Assembly (NCBI GenBank): GCA_036277775.1 | Contig: DASUMJ010000217.1 | Span: 1-49,031, forward strand | DNA from: Candidatus Limnocylindrales bacterium | GTDB lineage: Bacteria > Chloroflexota > Limnocylindria > Limnocylindrales > CSP1-4 | DNA: 49,031 nt | Reading direction: 5' to 3' | The notes under the pieces: model-generated | Told to the model about the DNA's origin: nothing | Databases searched by the model: none | Seen by the model: only the letters and a program-made list of their open reading frames with translations | Shown here: piece by piece, positions 25,724 through 34,046 of the stretch | Numbering within the stretch: position 1 is the stretch's first letter | How the letters are laid out: every line of letters begins with the position of its first letter | Program-made: the position numbers and the translations under genes

Positions 25724-26530
25724 GTGGCGCAAGCAGTCCTGCAAGTTTCTGACACCGACGAGCCCCGCCAGGAGCTGGCTGTCCACCGCCGCCAGCGACT
25801 GGTCCATCTCGTCGAGGCGCGCGGCGCGGCGCGCCTGGAGGAACTGAGCGCGGCACTCGGGGTTTCGCAGGCGACGGTGCGTCGCGATCTCAACGCCGTC
25901 AGCGAGGCAGGCCGCCTGCGGCGGGTCCACGGCGGCGCGGTCGCGGTCGACCAGCGGCTCGACGAGCTTCACTTCGACGTGAAGGCCGGCGCCGCTGCGG
26001 CCGAGAAGGGCCGGATCGCGGCGGCCGCGGCCAGGCTCCTCTCGCCGACGGACACCGTCTACCTCGACAGCGGCAGCACCGTACTGGCCCTCGCCCGCCT
26101 GCTCCACGGCTGGACGCGCCTGACGGTCGTCACGAACAGCCTTCCCGTCGCGATGGAGCTCGTGGGTCGGGGACCGCGCCTGATCCTGCTCGGCGGCGAG
26201 CTTCGGGCGACGAGCCGGGCGATCGTCGGGCCGCTGACCCGCCACCTGCTCGAGGACCTCCACGTCGACCGCGCGGTGATGGGCACGTTCGCCCTGTCGC
26301 TCGAGGAGGGGCTCATGACGACCGATCCGGCGGAGGCCTTCACGAAGCAGCTCGTCCTGTCGCGAGCTCGCGAGGTCATCCTGCTGGCCGACAGCTCGAA
26401 GCTCGGAACGCGGTCCTTCGTCGGAGCCGGCCGCCTCGCGGACATCGACGTCTTCGTGACCGACTCGGCGATCGAAGCCGGGGTGGCGCGGAAGCTCGGT
26501 CGCCGTGGCATCCGGGTGATCACGGCATGA
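25724..26530 (+). CDS. DeoR/GlpR family transcriptional regulator
   Basis: The HTH is 'RLEELSAALGVSQATVRRDLNAV', followed by a sugar-phosphate-binding DeoR C-terminal domain ('VYLDSGSTVLALA','TNSLPVA'). The GTG start at 25724 is an inference. Confidence 0.85.
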   Translation: MAQAVLQVSDTDEPRQELAVHRRQRLVHLVEARGAARLEELSAALGVSQATVRRDLNAVSEAGRLRRVHGGAVAVDQRLDELHFDVKAGAAAAEKGRIAAAAARLLSPTDTVYLDSGSTVLALARLLHGWTRLTVVTNSLPVAMELVGRGPRLILLGGELRATSRAIVGPLTRHLLEDLHVDRAVMGTFALSLEEGLMTTDPAEAFTKQLVLSRAREVILLADSSKLGTRSFVGAGRLADIDVFVTDSAIEAGVARKLGRRGIRVITA

Positions 26531-26558
26531 CGCGGGATCGCGCTGCTGGCAGGGCCCG

Positions 26559-28889
26559 ATGACTCGGAGGACGCCGGCCATCGTAGCTCCGACGTATCGC
26601 AGCGACGCGCGTCCGGACTTCGCACCGTTCGAGGAAGCGTGCGGGATGGTCCGGGGTTTCAGCTTCGACGGGACCGTCGCAGCGGAGGTCGCGGCGGGCC
26701 GCCTGACGGATGTCGATGCCCTGGCGCTGCTCGACGACATGCTCGCGATCCGGGAGCTCGAGGAGATGATCGTGCAGCTCCGGTCGGGTGGCTACGATCC
26801 GCTGCCGGGCTTCGACTACCGCGGCCCAACCCACGTGTCGATCGGCCAGGAGGCGGCGGCGGTGGGTACCGCCTCGGCGCTCCAGGCCGGCGACTACATC
26901 ACGAGCAGCCATCGCGGCCATGGCGACGCCATCGCCAAAGGCTTCGCCGCGATCCGGGGGATGACCGTGGACGGGCTCCGTGCTCGGGTCCCCGGCGCGG
27001 CCACGACGCGCGGTGAGCTCCTGGACGCCGCCCTCGAGGAGCACGTCTACCGGACCATCGCCGAGCTGTTCGGCAAGGAGGAGGGGTACTGCCGGGGGCG
27101 CGGCGGCGGGATGCACATCGGCGACTTCGCGACAGGCCACCTCGGGGCCAATGCGATCGTCGGCGGCAGCGTCCCGATCGCGACGGGCGCAGCGATGGCC
27201 GTCCGCTACCAGGGGACGGGCCAGGTCGTGTGCTGCATGGCCGGTGACGGAGCGTACGCCAACGGGGTGGTCCTCGAATCGCTGAACTGGGCGGCCCAGC
27301 ACCAGTGGACGAACCACCTCGCCGGCGACCGGGCCGCCGGTCTGCCGATCATCTACGTCATCCAGAACAACCACTACGGGATGACCCATCGGACCGACGA
27401 GGAGGTGATGGGGGTCCGCCACCTCGCTCGACGGGCGGCCGGCTTCGCCGAGAACAACATGCACGCGGAGGTCGTGAACGGGATGGACGTCCTCGCGGTC
27501 CGGGACGCGGTCGCTCGCGCGGCGGCGATCTGCCGGGCCGGCGAGGGGCCGGTCCTCCTCGAGCTGAGCACCTACCGCTACTACGGCCACTCCCTGTCCG
27601 ATCCCCGAAACGAGTACCGCACCCGGGAGGAGGAGGCCGCGTGGCGGGCGGTCGATCCGATCGAGCGGCTGCGGGGGCAGATCATCGAGGCGGGCGCCGC
27701 CGACCGCGGAGCCGCCGAAGCCGCCCTCGCCGCGGTCGCGTCCCGGGCGGCCGATCGCAACGCGCGGGCGGCCGTCCGCGCCGCAGCGGCGACCGACCCC
27801 GATCCGGCGGACCTCCTGGCCCACCTCTACACCGACACGGTCGCGGATGTCGTTCCGGAAGGCTCGCGCGCGGTCACGATCGAGGCCGACCCGCCCGTCG
27901 CCGTGCGCGACGCGGCGGGCCAGATCAGCTACCGCGACGCGCTCCGCGAAGCGCTCGCCGAGGAGATGGCCCGCGACAGTCGGATCATCCTCTACGGCGA
28001 GGACATCGCCGACTACGGCGGAGCTTTCAAGCTGACGAAGGGTCTCCTCGAGACCTTCGGGCGAGCGCGCGTCTTCAACACGCCGATCTCCGAGGCCGCG
28101 ATCTGCGGCACGGCCGTCGGGGCAGCGATCGTCGGGCTCCGCCCCGTCGTGGAGCTCATGTACATGGACTTCGCGCTGATGGCCTCGGACCAGATCGCGA
28201 ACCAGGCCGCGAAGTGGCACTTCATGAGTGGCGCGCAGGTCGAGGTCCCGCTCGTCATCCGGGCCTCGGTCGGGGCCGGCAAGGGGTACGGCGGCCAGCA
28301 CTCCCAGTCGCTCGAGAGCCTCTTCACGCACATGCCGGGCCTGTACGTCCTCTACCCGGCCACGCCCGAGGACGCCAAGGGCCTCCTGAAGTCGGCGATC
28401 CGGACGAACAACCCCGTGCTCTTCGTCGAGAGCCAGGGGCTGTACGGCACGAAGGGCGTCGTGCCCGACGAGGAGACCCTCACCCCGATCGGGGTGGCCC
28501 GCGTCGCTCGCCGCGGGACCGACGTGACCCTCGTCGGCTGGGGGCCGGCCGTCCCGGACCTGCTCACGGCCGCCGCGGCGCTGGAGGCGGAGCACGGCAT
28601 CTCATGCGAGGTCATCGACCTCCGGAGCCTCGTGCCGCTCGACATCGGGACGGTCCTGGACTCCGTCCGCCGGACCGGCCGCTGCGTGGTGGCGAGCCAG
28701 GCGGTCCTCATCGGCAGCTTCGTGAACGAGCTCATCGCCCGGATCCAGGCCGAGGCGTTCGACGATCTCGACGGGCCGATCGGTCGGGTCGGCGCCGCGA
28801 ACGGCATCTCGCCCCAGGCGGAGGGCCTGGAGCGGGCCTTCCTCCCGGGACCGGACGACATCGTGCGCGCCGTCCTCGCGATCGGCTGA
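26559..28889 (+). CDS. 2-oxoacid (acetoin/pyruvate/BCKA-type) dehydrogenase E1 component, fused alpha-beta
   Basis: 776 aa. The alpha part has the TPP motif 'GDGAYANG...NNHYGM'. The beta part has 'RVFNTPISEAAICGTAVGAA' and 'FVESQGLYG'. Confidence 0.9.
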   Translation: MTRRTPAIVAPTYRSDARPDFAPFEEACGMVRGFSFDGTVAAEVAAGRLTDVDALALLDDMLAIRELEEMIVQLRSGGYDPLPGFDYRGPTHVSIGQEAAAVGTASALQAGDYITSSHRGHGDAIAKGFAAIRGMTVDGLRARVPGAATTRGELLDAALEEHVYRTIAELFGKEEGYCRGRGGGMHIGDFATGHLGANAIVGGSVPIATGAAMAVRYQGTGQVVCCMAGDGAYANGVVLESLNWAAQHQWTNHLAGDRAAGLPIIYVIQNNHYGMTHRTDEEVMGVRHLARRAAGFAENNMHAEVVNGMDVLAVRDAVARAAAICRAGEGPVLLELSTYRYYGHSLSDPRNEYRTREEEAAWRAVDPIERLRGQIIEAGAADRGAAEAALAAVASRAADRNARAAVRAAAATDPDPADLLAHLYTDTVADVVPEGSRAVTIEADPPVAVRDAAGQISYRDALREALAEEMARDSRIILYGEDIADYGGAFKLTKGLLETFGRARVFNTPISEAAICGTAVGAAIVGLRPVVELMYMDFALMASDQIANQAAKWHFMSGAQVEVPLVIRASVGAGKGYGGQHSQSLESLFTHMPGLYVLYPATPEDAKGLLKSAIRTNNPVLFVESQGLYGTKGVVPDEETLTPIGVARVARRGTDVTLVGWGPAVPDLLTAAAALEAEHGISCEVIDLRSLVPLDIGTVLDSVRRTGRCVVASQAVLIGSFVNELIARIQAEAFDDLDGPIGRVGAANGISPQAEGLERAFLPGPDDIVRAVLAIG

Positions 28890-28908
28890 CTCGGGACAGG
28901 CGGGAGCG

Positions 28909-30183
28909 ATGGCACACGCGGTCCGGATGCCGAAACCCGGACAGATGACCGAGGAATGCCTGCTCACCCTGTGGCGGAAGGCCGAGGGCGAGCTCGTGGC
29001 CAAGGGCGACGTCCTGTTCGAGATCGAGACCGACAAGTCGACGATGGAGGTCGAGTCCTTCCACGACGGCGTACTCCTGCGGCACGTCGTCCCGGCCGGC
29101 GAGTTCGTGCCCGTGAACGCCGTATGCGCCTGGATCGGGGATCCGGGGGAATCGATTCCGGACGGTGCGTCGGCCCTGGACGCAGCCGCACCGACGCAGA
29201 CGGAGCCCGAGCCGACGGCAGACACGGCCAGGGCCCCGGCAACGCAGCGAGCGGCGCCTGCCGGGGCGGCGGCCGCAGCCGCATCACCGCAAGAGCCGAG
29301 TCGCGATCCGGACGGTCCCGTCCCGGCCATCAGCCCGCGGGCCCGCCGGCTCGCTTCCGCGAGCGGCCTGGATCCGCGCTCGGTTGCCGGCTCCGGTCCC
29401 GGCGGCCGGATCGTCGAGCGCGACGTGCAGGCAGCCCTCGCGGCCGGCGCAGCGCTCGCACGGAACGGCGAGCTCGCTGGACCGACCGAGGACGAGGCCG
29501 CACCCCGCCCGCTAAGCCGGATGCGTCGTGTCATTGCCGAGCGCCTGACCCTCAGCGCGACCACGATCCCGACGTTCTCGGTCACGGTCACGGCCGACGT
29601 CAGCCGCCTCCTCGCGCTCCGGGACGAGCTGCGGGCGGCCGGTGTCCACCTGACGGTGACCGATGTGGTCCTGTTCGCCACCGCGCAGACCCTGGCGGAG
29701 TTCCCGGACGTCAACTCTCGCACGGACGGCGTCCAGGTCTGGCCGAGGCGGCGGGTCCATCTCGGCCTGGCCATCGCGCTGCCGGCCGGCCTCGTCGTCG
29801 CGGTGCTCCGGGATGCCGATCGGCTTGGGGTCGTCGAGATCCATGACCAGGCTGCCGCTCTGGTCACCGCGGCCCGTGCCGGGACGCTGGGCGTCGACGA
29901 CCTCCGCGGCAGCACGTTCACCGTGAGCAACCTCGGGATGTACGGCGTCGACGACTTCACGGCCATCGTCAACCCGGGTGAATCCGGGATCCTCGCGGTT
30001 GCCGCTGCCGTCCCGACCCCGGTCGTGATCGGCGACGGAATCGCCGTGAGGACGCTCATGAAGCTGACGCTGTCGGCCGACCACCGGCTTGTCGACGGGG
30101 AGCTCGGCGCCAGGTTCCTCAACGCGGTCCGGCGTCGGCTCGAGGACGCGACCGCCGTGCGTCGGGAGCTCGCGAGCAGCTAG
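28909..30183 (+). CDS. Dihydrolipoamide acyltransferase (E2 component)
   Basis: It has the lipoyl motif 'EIETDKSTMEVES', a subunit-binding domain 'ISPRARRLASASGLD', and the catalytic motif 'LSADHRLVDG'. Confidence 0.92.
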   Translation: MAHAVRMPKPGQMTEECLLTLWRKAEGELVAKGDVLFEIETDKSTMEVESFHDGVLLRHVVPAGEFVPVNAVCAWIGDPGESIPDGASALDAAAPTQTEPEPTADTARAPATQRAAPAGAAAAAASPQEPSRDPDGPVPAISPRARRLASASGLDPRSVAGSGPGGRIVERDVQAALAAGAALARNGELAGPTEDEAAPRPLSRMRRVIAERLTLSATTIPTFSVTVTADVSRLLALRDELRAAGVHLTVTDVVLFATAQTLAEFPDVNSRTDGVQVWPRRRVHLGLAIALPAGLVVAVLRDADRLGVVEIHDQAAALVTAARAGTLGVDDLRGSTFTVSNLGMYGVDDFTAIVNPGESGILAVAAAVPTPVVIGDGIAVRTLMKLTLSADHRLVDGELGARFLNAVRRRLEDATAVRRELASS

Positions 30184-30225
30184 CCCCGCGGGCGGCCCCG
30201 GCTGCCCGGGTCCCGAGCGTCCGGG

Positions 30226-30546
30226 CTACTCGCGGGCGTAGGTGACGACGATCGGCCCGGTTGCGTCACCCCTGCGAGCGTCGCCCGCGGTGCCGGGGGC
30301 TCCGTCGCCGCCCCCGAGCTCCATCACCGCCGTGTAGCCGTGGGTCTGGAGGACGGCCGCCTCGTCCATGCGGCGTCGACGCGCCCCGGCGTCATAGCGG
30401 CGCACGATGAGCGGCGCGGTCCAGCGGTCCGTCTCCCGTGCCAGCTCATGCCGGACCTCCCAGTCGGACGAGGCGCTCATGACGATCGCCACGGTCCCGA
30501 CGATGGCGACGAGGATGATCGCAGTCAGGCCCGGATCGGCGGTCAC
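30226..30546 (-). CDS. Hypothetical small membrane protein
   Basis: GTG 30546 lies 8 nt after GGAGG. One TM helix ('LTAIILVAIVGTVAIVM'). It sits downstream of the cytochrome c gene on the same strand. No recognised family. Confidence 0.45.
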   Translation of the reverse strand: MTADPGLTAIILVAIVGTVAIVMSASSDWEVRHELARETDRWTAPLIVRRYDAGARRRRMDEAAVLQTHGYTAVMELGGGDGAPGTAGDARRGDATGPIVVTYARE

Positions 30547-30643
30547 GCGTCGCACCTCCGTTCCATCGGTGGCGGGTACGTTCGAGCGTACCCCTCGGAT
30601 CGGGTTGCCGCCGCCGGCCGTGCCGGCGGACCGCCCGCTGCCG

Positions 30644-31528
30644 CTACCCGCCCGGGAACGGCAGGGTCGGGAGCCTGGCGCCGGCGGAGGGCGGGGTCGC
30701 GTTGATCTCGTGGCAGAGGAGGCAGGTCGAGTCCTCGCGGAGCGCGTGGTCGATCGGCAGCCCGCCCGTCTGGGCCGACTGGTGGCACTCCCGGCAGCCG
30801 ATCGCCGGCTCCAGCACGTGCGGGTACTCGGGCGGTGGCAGCTCCGTCGGCCGGTGGCAGAGCCAGCACTCGTTCTCGTCCTTCGCGACCATGCTCGTGG
30901 GCAGGTGGGCGAACGTCCCGTGGCAGTCGAGGCACTGCTGGTCCTGGAGCTCCGAGTGCGGCTGGGTGATCGACGGGCCTTCCGGCGGGAGCTTGTGGCA
31001 GTTCAGGCACTCGACCTCGGGGATGTCGGTGTGGCCCGGAGCGCTCCGACCGAGGTCCTCGTCGGTGTGGCAGGTGACGCAGCGGCGCCAGCCCTCGAGG
31101 GGATGGCCGATCGCCGGGATCGTCTTCAACCCGCCCGATCCGCCGGTCTCGTGACAGAGGAGGCAGCTGCTGCTCGTCGGGATGTGGGCGAGGCCCATCG
31201 ACATGAGGTCGATCGACGGTTCGGCGGTCGCCCGGTCGGGGCGGCCGGCCGGGTCGGCGAACGAAGTCAGGAAGACGATCGCGAGCAGCCCGATGACGAG
31301 GGCGTTCGCGACGAGGAGCGCCCGGATCGCGAGCTCGATCGGGCCGCGGACGCCCCGGATCCGGAACCGCCGGATGCCGCGCCGGGCAGGCTTCGCCGGC
31401 GGCGTCGCCGCGTCGAGCTCGGGCGCCGTCGCGGACGGCGGCCCGGGCGGCGTCCCGGGCGGCGGCTCGGGGGCCGCGTCGGGGAGCGGCTCGTCCGCGG
31501 GCGGCGGGGGCAGCTCCGGGTCGGTCAT
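30644..31528 (-). CDS. Membrane-anchored heptaheme c-type cytochrome
   Basis: There are seven CxxCH motifs: CLLCH, CVTCH, CLNCH, CLDCH, CWLCH, CRECH, CLLCH. The N-terminus is Pro-rich and followed by one TM helix ('ALLVANALVIGLLAIVFL'). The ATG overlaps the cytochrome b stop (ATGA at 31525-31528). Confidence 0.85.
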   Translation of the reverse strand: MTDPELPPPPADEPLPDAAPEPPPGTPPGPPSATAPELDAATPPAKPARRGIRRFRIRGVRGPIELAIRALLVANALVIGLLAIVFLTSFADPAGRPDRATAEPSIDLMSMGLAHIPTSSSCLLCHETGGSGGLKTIPAIGHPLEGWRRCVTCHTDEDLGRSAPGHTDIPEVECLNCHKLPPEGPSITQPHSELQDQQCLDCHGTFAHLPTSMVAKDENECWLCHRPTELPPPEYPHVLEPAIGCRECHQSAQTGGLPIDHALREDSTCLLCHEINATPPSAGARLPTLPFPGG

Positions 31529-32343
31529 TCGACCTTCTCCAGGAGCTCCGGCCCGCCGTCGCGCGCCTCGAGGATCTCCTCGCGGGTCACGTACTTGAAG
31601 CCGCTGAAGATGCTCGAGAGGAGCCCGTTCTTCTCGAGATGGTCCACGAGGACGCAGCTGTAGAGATGGAAGAGGGAGATCGCGAGGATCGCCCACATCG
31701 CCAGGTGGTGGATGAGCCGGACGAGCTGCGGTCCGAGGACGCCGAGCACCCAGCCGAAGCCCGTCGCACCGGGCTCGGAGCCGAGCAGGCCGTCGAGGGC
31801 GAAGCCGGTGATCGTCTCGACGAGGAGCAGCCCCCAGAGGATCAGGTACGCCGAGGCGGCCAGCTGGTTGTGGCCGAGGATCCGCGGGATCTCCTTGCGC
31901 AGGAACGCGTAGAACGCGGCCTGCCGGAAGACCTCGGTCGCCTGGTTCCAGGTCGTCGGGATGAATGCCGACCAGCGCGCGAACCGGTTACCGGTGAGGA
32001 GCCAGATCACCCGCAGGAGCCCGGACGCGAGCAGGGTGAACGCGGCAATCATGTGGACGAGGCGGACGGTCGTCATCACCGCGCCGCCGGGCGGCAGGAG
32101 GAACGGATCGGCGATGTAGAGCCCGGTGACGCTGAGGACGACGATGCAGGCCGCCGTCACCCAGTGGGTGATCCGGACGGGCACCTCCCAGACGTAGAGG
32201 CGGAAGCGCTCCTCCGCCCGGCCGGCGCCGTGGCCGTGGGCAGGCGCTGCCAGCGTCCCCGGTGCCGCGGTCGTGGCCGGCGTTGCCGGGGCGGGCACGA
32301 CGATGGGCTCGGCGGTGGCGGTCATCGGGGCGACGTCCTCCAT
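31525..32343 (-). CDS. Ni/Fe-hydrogenase b-type cytochrome subunit (HyaC/HupC-like)
   Basis: 'RFRLYVWEVPVRITHWVTAACIVVLSVTGLYI' matches the family N-terminus, and the protein has four TM helices. The ATG shares 1 nt with the large-subunit stop (TGATG at 32341-32345). An alternative start lies at 32325. Confidence 0.85.
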   Translation of the reverse strand: MEDVAPMTATAEPIVVPAPATPATTAAPGTLAAPAHGHGAGRAEERFRLYVWEVPVRITHWVTAACIVVLSVTGLYIADPFLLPPGGAVMTTVRLVHMIAAFTLLASGLLRVIWLLTGNRFARWSAFIPTTWNQATEVFRQAAFYAFLRKEIPRILGHNQLAASAYLILWGLLLVETITGFALDGLLGSEPGATGFGWVLGVLGPQLVRLIHHLAMWAILAISLFHLYSCVLVDHLEKNGLLSSIFSGFKYVTREEILEARDGGPELLEKVE

Positions 32344-34046
32344 CACTGCACCGCGCAGGCCGGGCACGGGTCGAACGAGTGGACCGTCCGAAGGACCTCG
32401 ATCGGATTCGCGAGGTCGGGCACGGGCGTGCCGACGAGGGCCTCCTCGAGCGCGCCCCGGCGGCCCCGGCTGTCGCGCGGCGAGAGGTTCCAGGTGCTCC
32501 CGTCGACGACCTGGTACGCGGTGACGCGGCGGTCCCGGATCCGGAGCCAGTGGCCCACGGTGCCCTTCCCGGACTCGCCGAGCGACCAGCCCTCGGCCTC
32601 GGCCGGCCAGGTGGCGGGATCCCAGCGCGAGATGTCGGCGAACGCGAGGTCGCCCGCCGCGAGGTTCGCGACGAGGTCCGCGAGCCAGGCGTCGAGGCGG
32701 TCGGCCACGATCTTCGCTTCGATCGCCCGGGCGACGGTCCGGCCGAGCGTGCTCGAGAAGGCGTCCAGGTCGAGGTCGAGGTTCTCGAGGACCCGGGCGA
32801 CGGTCCGGCCGGCATCGCCGCCGACGGCGTGGGCGACGAGCAGCCGGGCGGCCGGCCCCACCTCCACCGGGTCGTCGAAGTAGCGCGGCGCCTTCGACCA
32901 GCTGTACCGGGCGGCGCCCTGGAGCGTGGTGACCGGCGGCGGCGGGCCCTGGTAGTGGGGGTCGGTGGATCCGTCATACGGGTGCCGGACCTCGGCGCCC
33001 GAGCCGCGGTCGTGGGTCGTGGCGACGCCCTCGCCGAATCCCGCCTGGTCGACCGTGTCGAGCTCGTCGAGGACCCCGTCCATCAGGCGCCCGCGGGGCA
33101 GCAGGAGGGCCGGATCGTCCTCGTCATCCTCCGGGAACTCTCCGGCCGCGAGGTAGTTGCCGATGCCCCGCCCGACACCCGCCTGGTCGCGATAGATGTC
33201 GGCGAGGTAGAGGACGTCCGGCAGGTAGACCTCGTCGACGAACGCCCTCGTGCGGGTGACGAGATCGGCGATCTGGGCGAGCCCGCGCTCCCCGAGCGCC
33301 GCGGGCGCTTCCGACTGCGGCCGGCGCGGGTGCTCGCCCGTCGTGGCCCGGGCGGGGCCGCCCCACGGCGGCGTCAGGGCGAGACCGCCGACGAGGAAGG
33401 TCTGCGGGTGGGGGCTCTTGCCGCCGAAGAAGGTGTGGAGCCGGGTCATGCCACGGCGCCAGTCCAGCGCCTCGAGGGCGTGGGCCGCGACCATGAGATT
33501 CGCCGACGACGTGAGGCGGTGCGCGGCCCCGCCGGCCCCGGCCCGCCCGAACGTCCCGAGGTCGCCCGACGCGACGAGGCTCGCCAGCCGCTCGCGCGCC
33601 CGACGGAAGTAGACGAGGTCGGTGCGCGGCCCCTCGGCGACGGAGCGCGCGATCCCGGACGCCGTCGCCGGATCCCCCGATGCCCCGGCGACGAGATCCG
33701 CCCAGTCCGGAGCGTGCCGCTGGTAGAAGCCGGTCACGTGGCTCGTCACGAGCTGCGACCCGGCCACGAGGTTCCGGACGAGCCGCGCATTCGGTGGGAT
33801 GCGGATCTTCAGCGCCCGTTCGACGGCCCGGACCGACGCGAGGCCGTGGACCCCGTTGCAGGACCCGCAGATCCGCTCCGCGAGGAGCCAGGCGTCGCGC
33901 GGGTCGCGCCCCACGAGCGACCGCTCGATCCCGCGGAACATCGTGGCGGCGCTCCAGGCGTCGACGACGACGCCCCGCTCGACCTCGACCTCGATTCGGA
34001 GCTGGCCGCCGACCCGCGTCACGGGATCGATGACGAGGCGGGTCAT
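32343..34046 (-). CDS. [NiFe]-hydrogenase large subunit (group 1-like, atypical motifs)
   Basis: It has 'FRGIERSLVGRDPRDAWLLAERICGSCNGVH' (the N-terminal Ni-Cys pair), 'GGKSPHPQTFLVGG', and the C-terminal 'LRTVHSFDPCPACAVQ' followed directly by the stop. ATGA overlap with the small subunit gene. Confidence 0.93.
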   Translation of the reverse strand: MTRLVIDPVTRVGGQLRIEVEVERGVVVDAWSAATMFRGIERSLVGRDPRDAWLLAERICGSCNGVHGLASVRAVERALKIRIPPNARLVRNLVAGSQLVTSHVTGFYQRHAPDWADLVAGASGDPATASGIARSVAEGPRTDLVYFRRARERLASLVASGDLGTFGRAGAGGAAHRLTSSANLMVAAHALEALDWRRGMTRLHTFFGGKSPHPQTFLVGGLALTPPWGGPARATTGEHPRRPQSEAPAALGERGLAQIADLVTRTRAFVDEVYLPDVLYLADIYRDQAGVGRGIGNYLAAGEFPEDDEDDPALLLPRGRLMDGVLDELDTVDQAGFGEGVATTHDRGSGAEVRHPYDGSTDPHYQGPPPPVTTLQGAARYSWSKAPRYFDDPVEVGPAARLLVAHAVGGDAGRTVARVLENLDLDLDAFSSTLGRTVARAIEAKIVADRLDAWLADLVANLAAGDLAFADISRWDPATWPAEAEGWSLGESGKGTVGHWLRIRDRRVTAYQVVDGSTWNLSPRDSRGRRGALEEALVGTPVPDLANPIEVLRTVHSFDPCPACAVQ

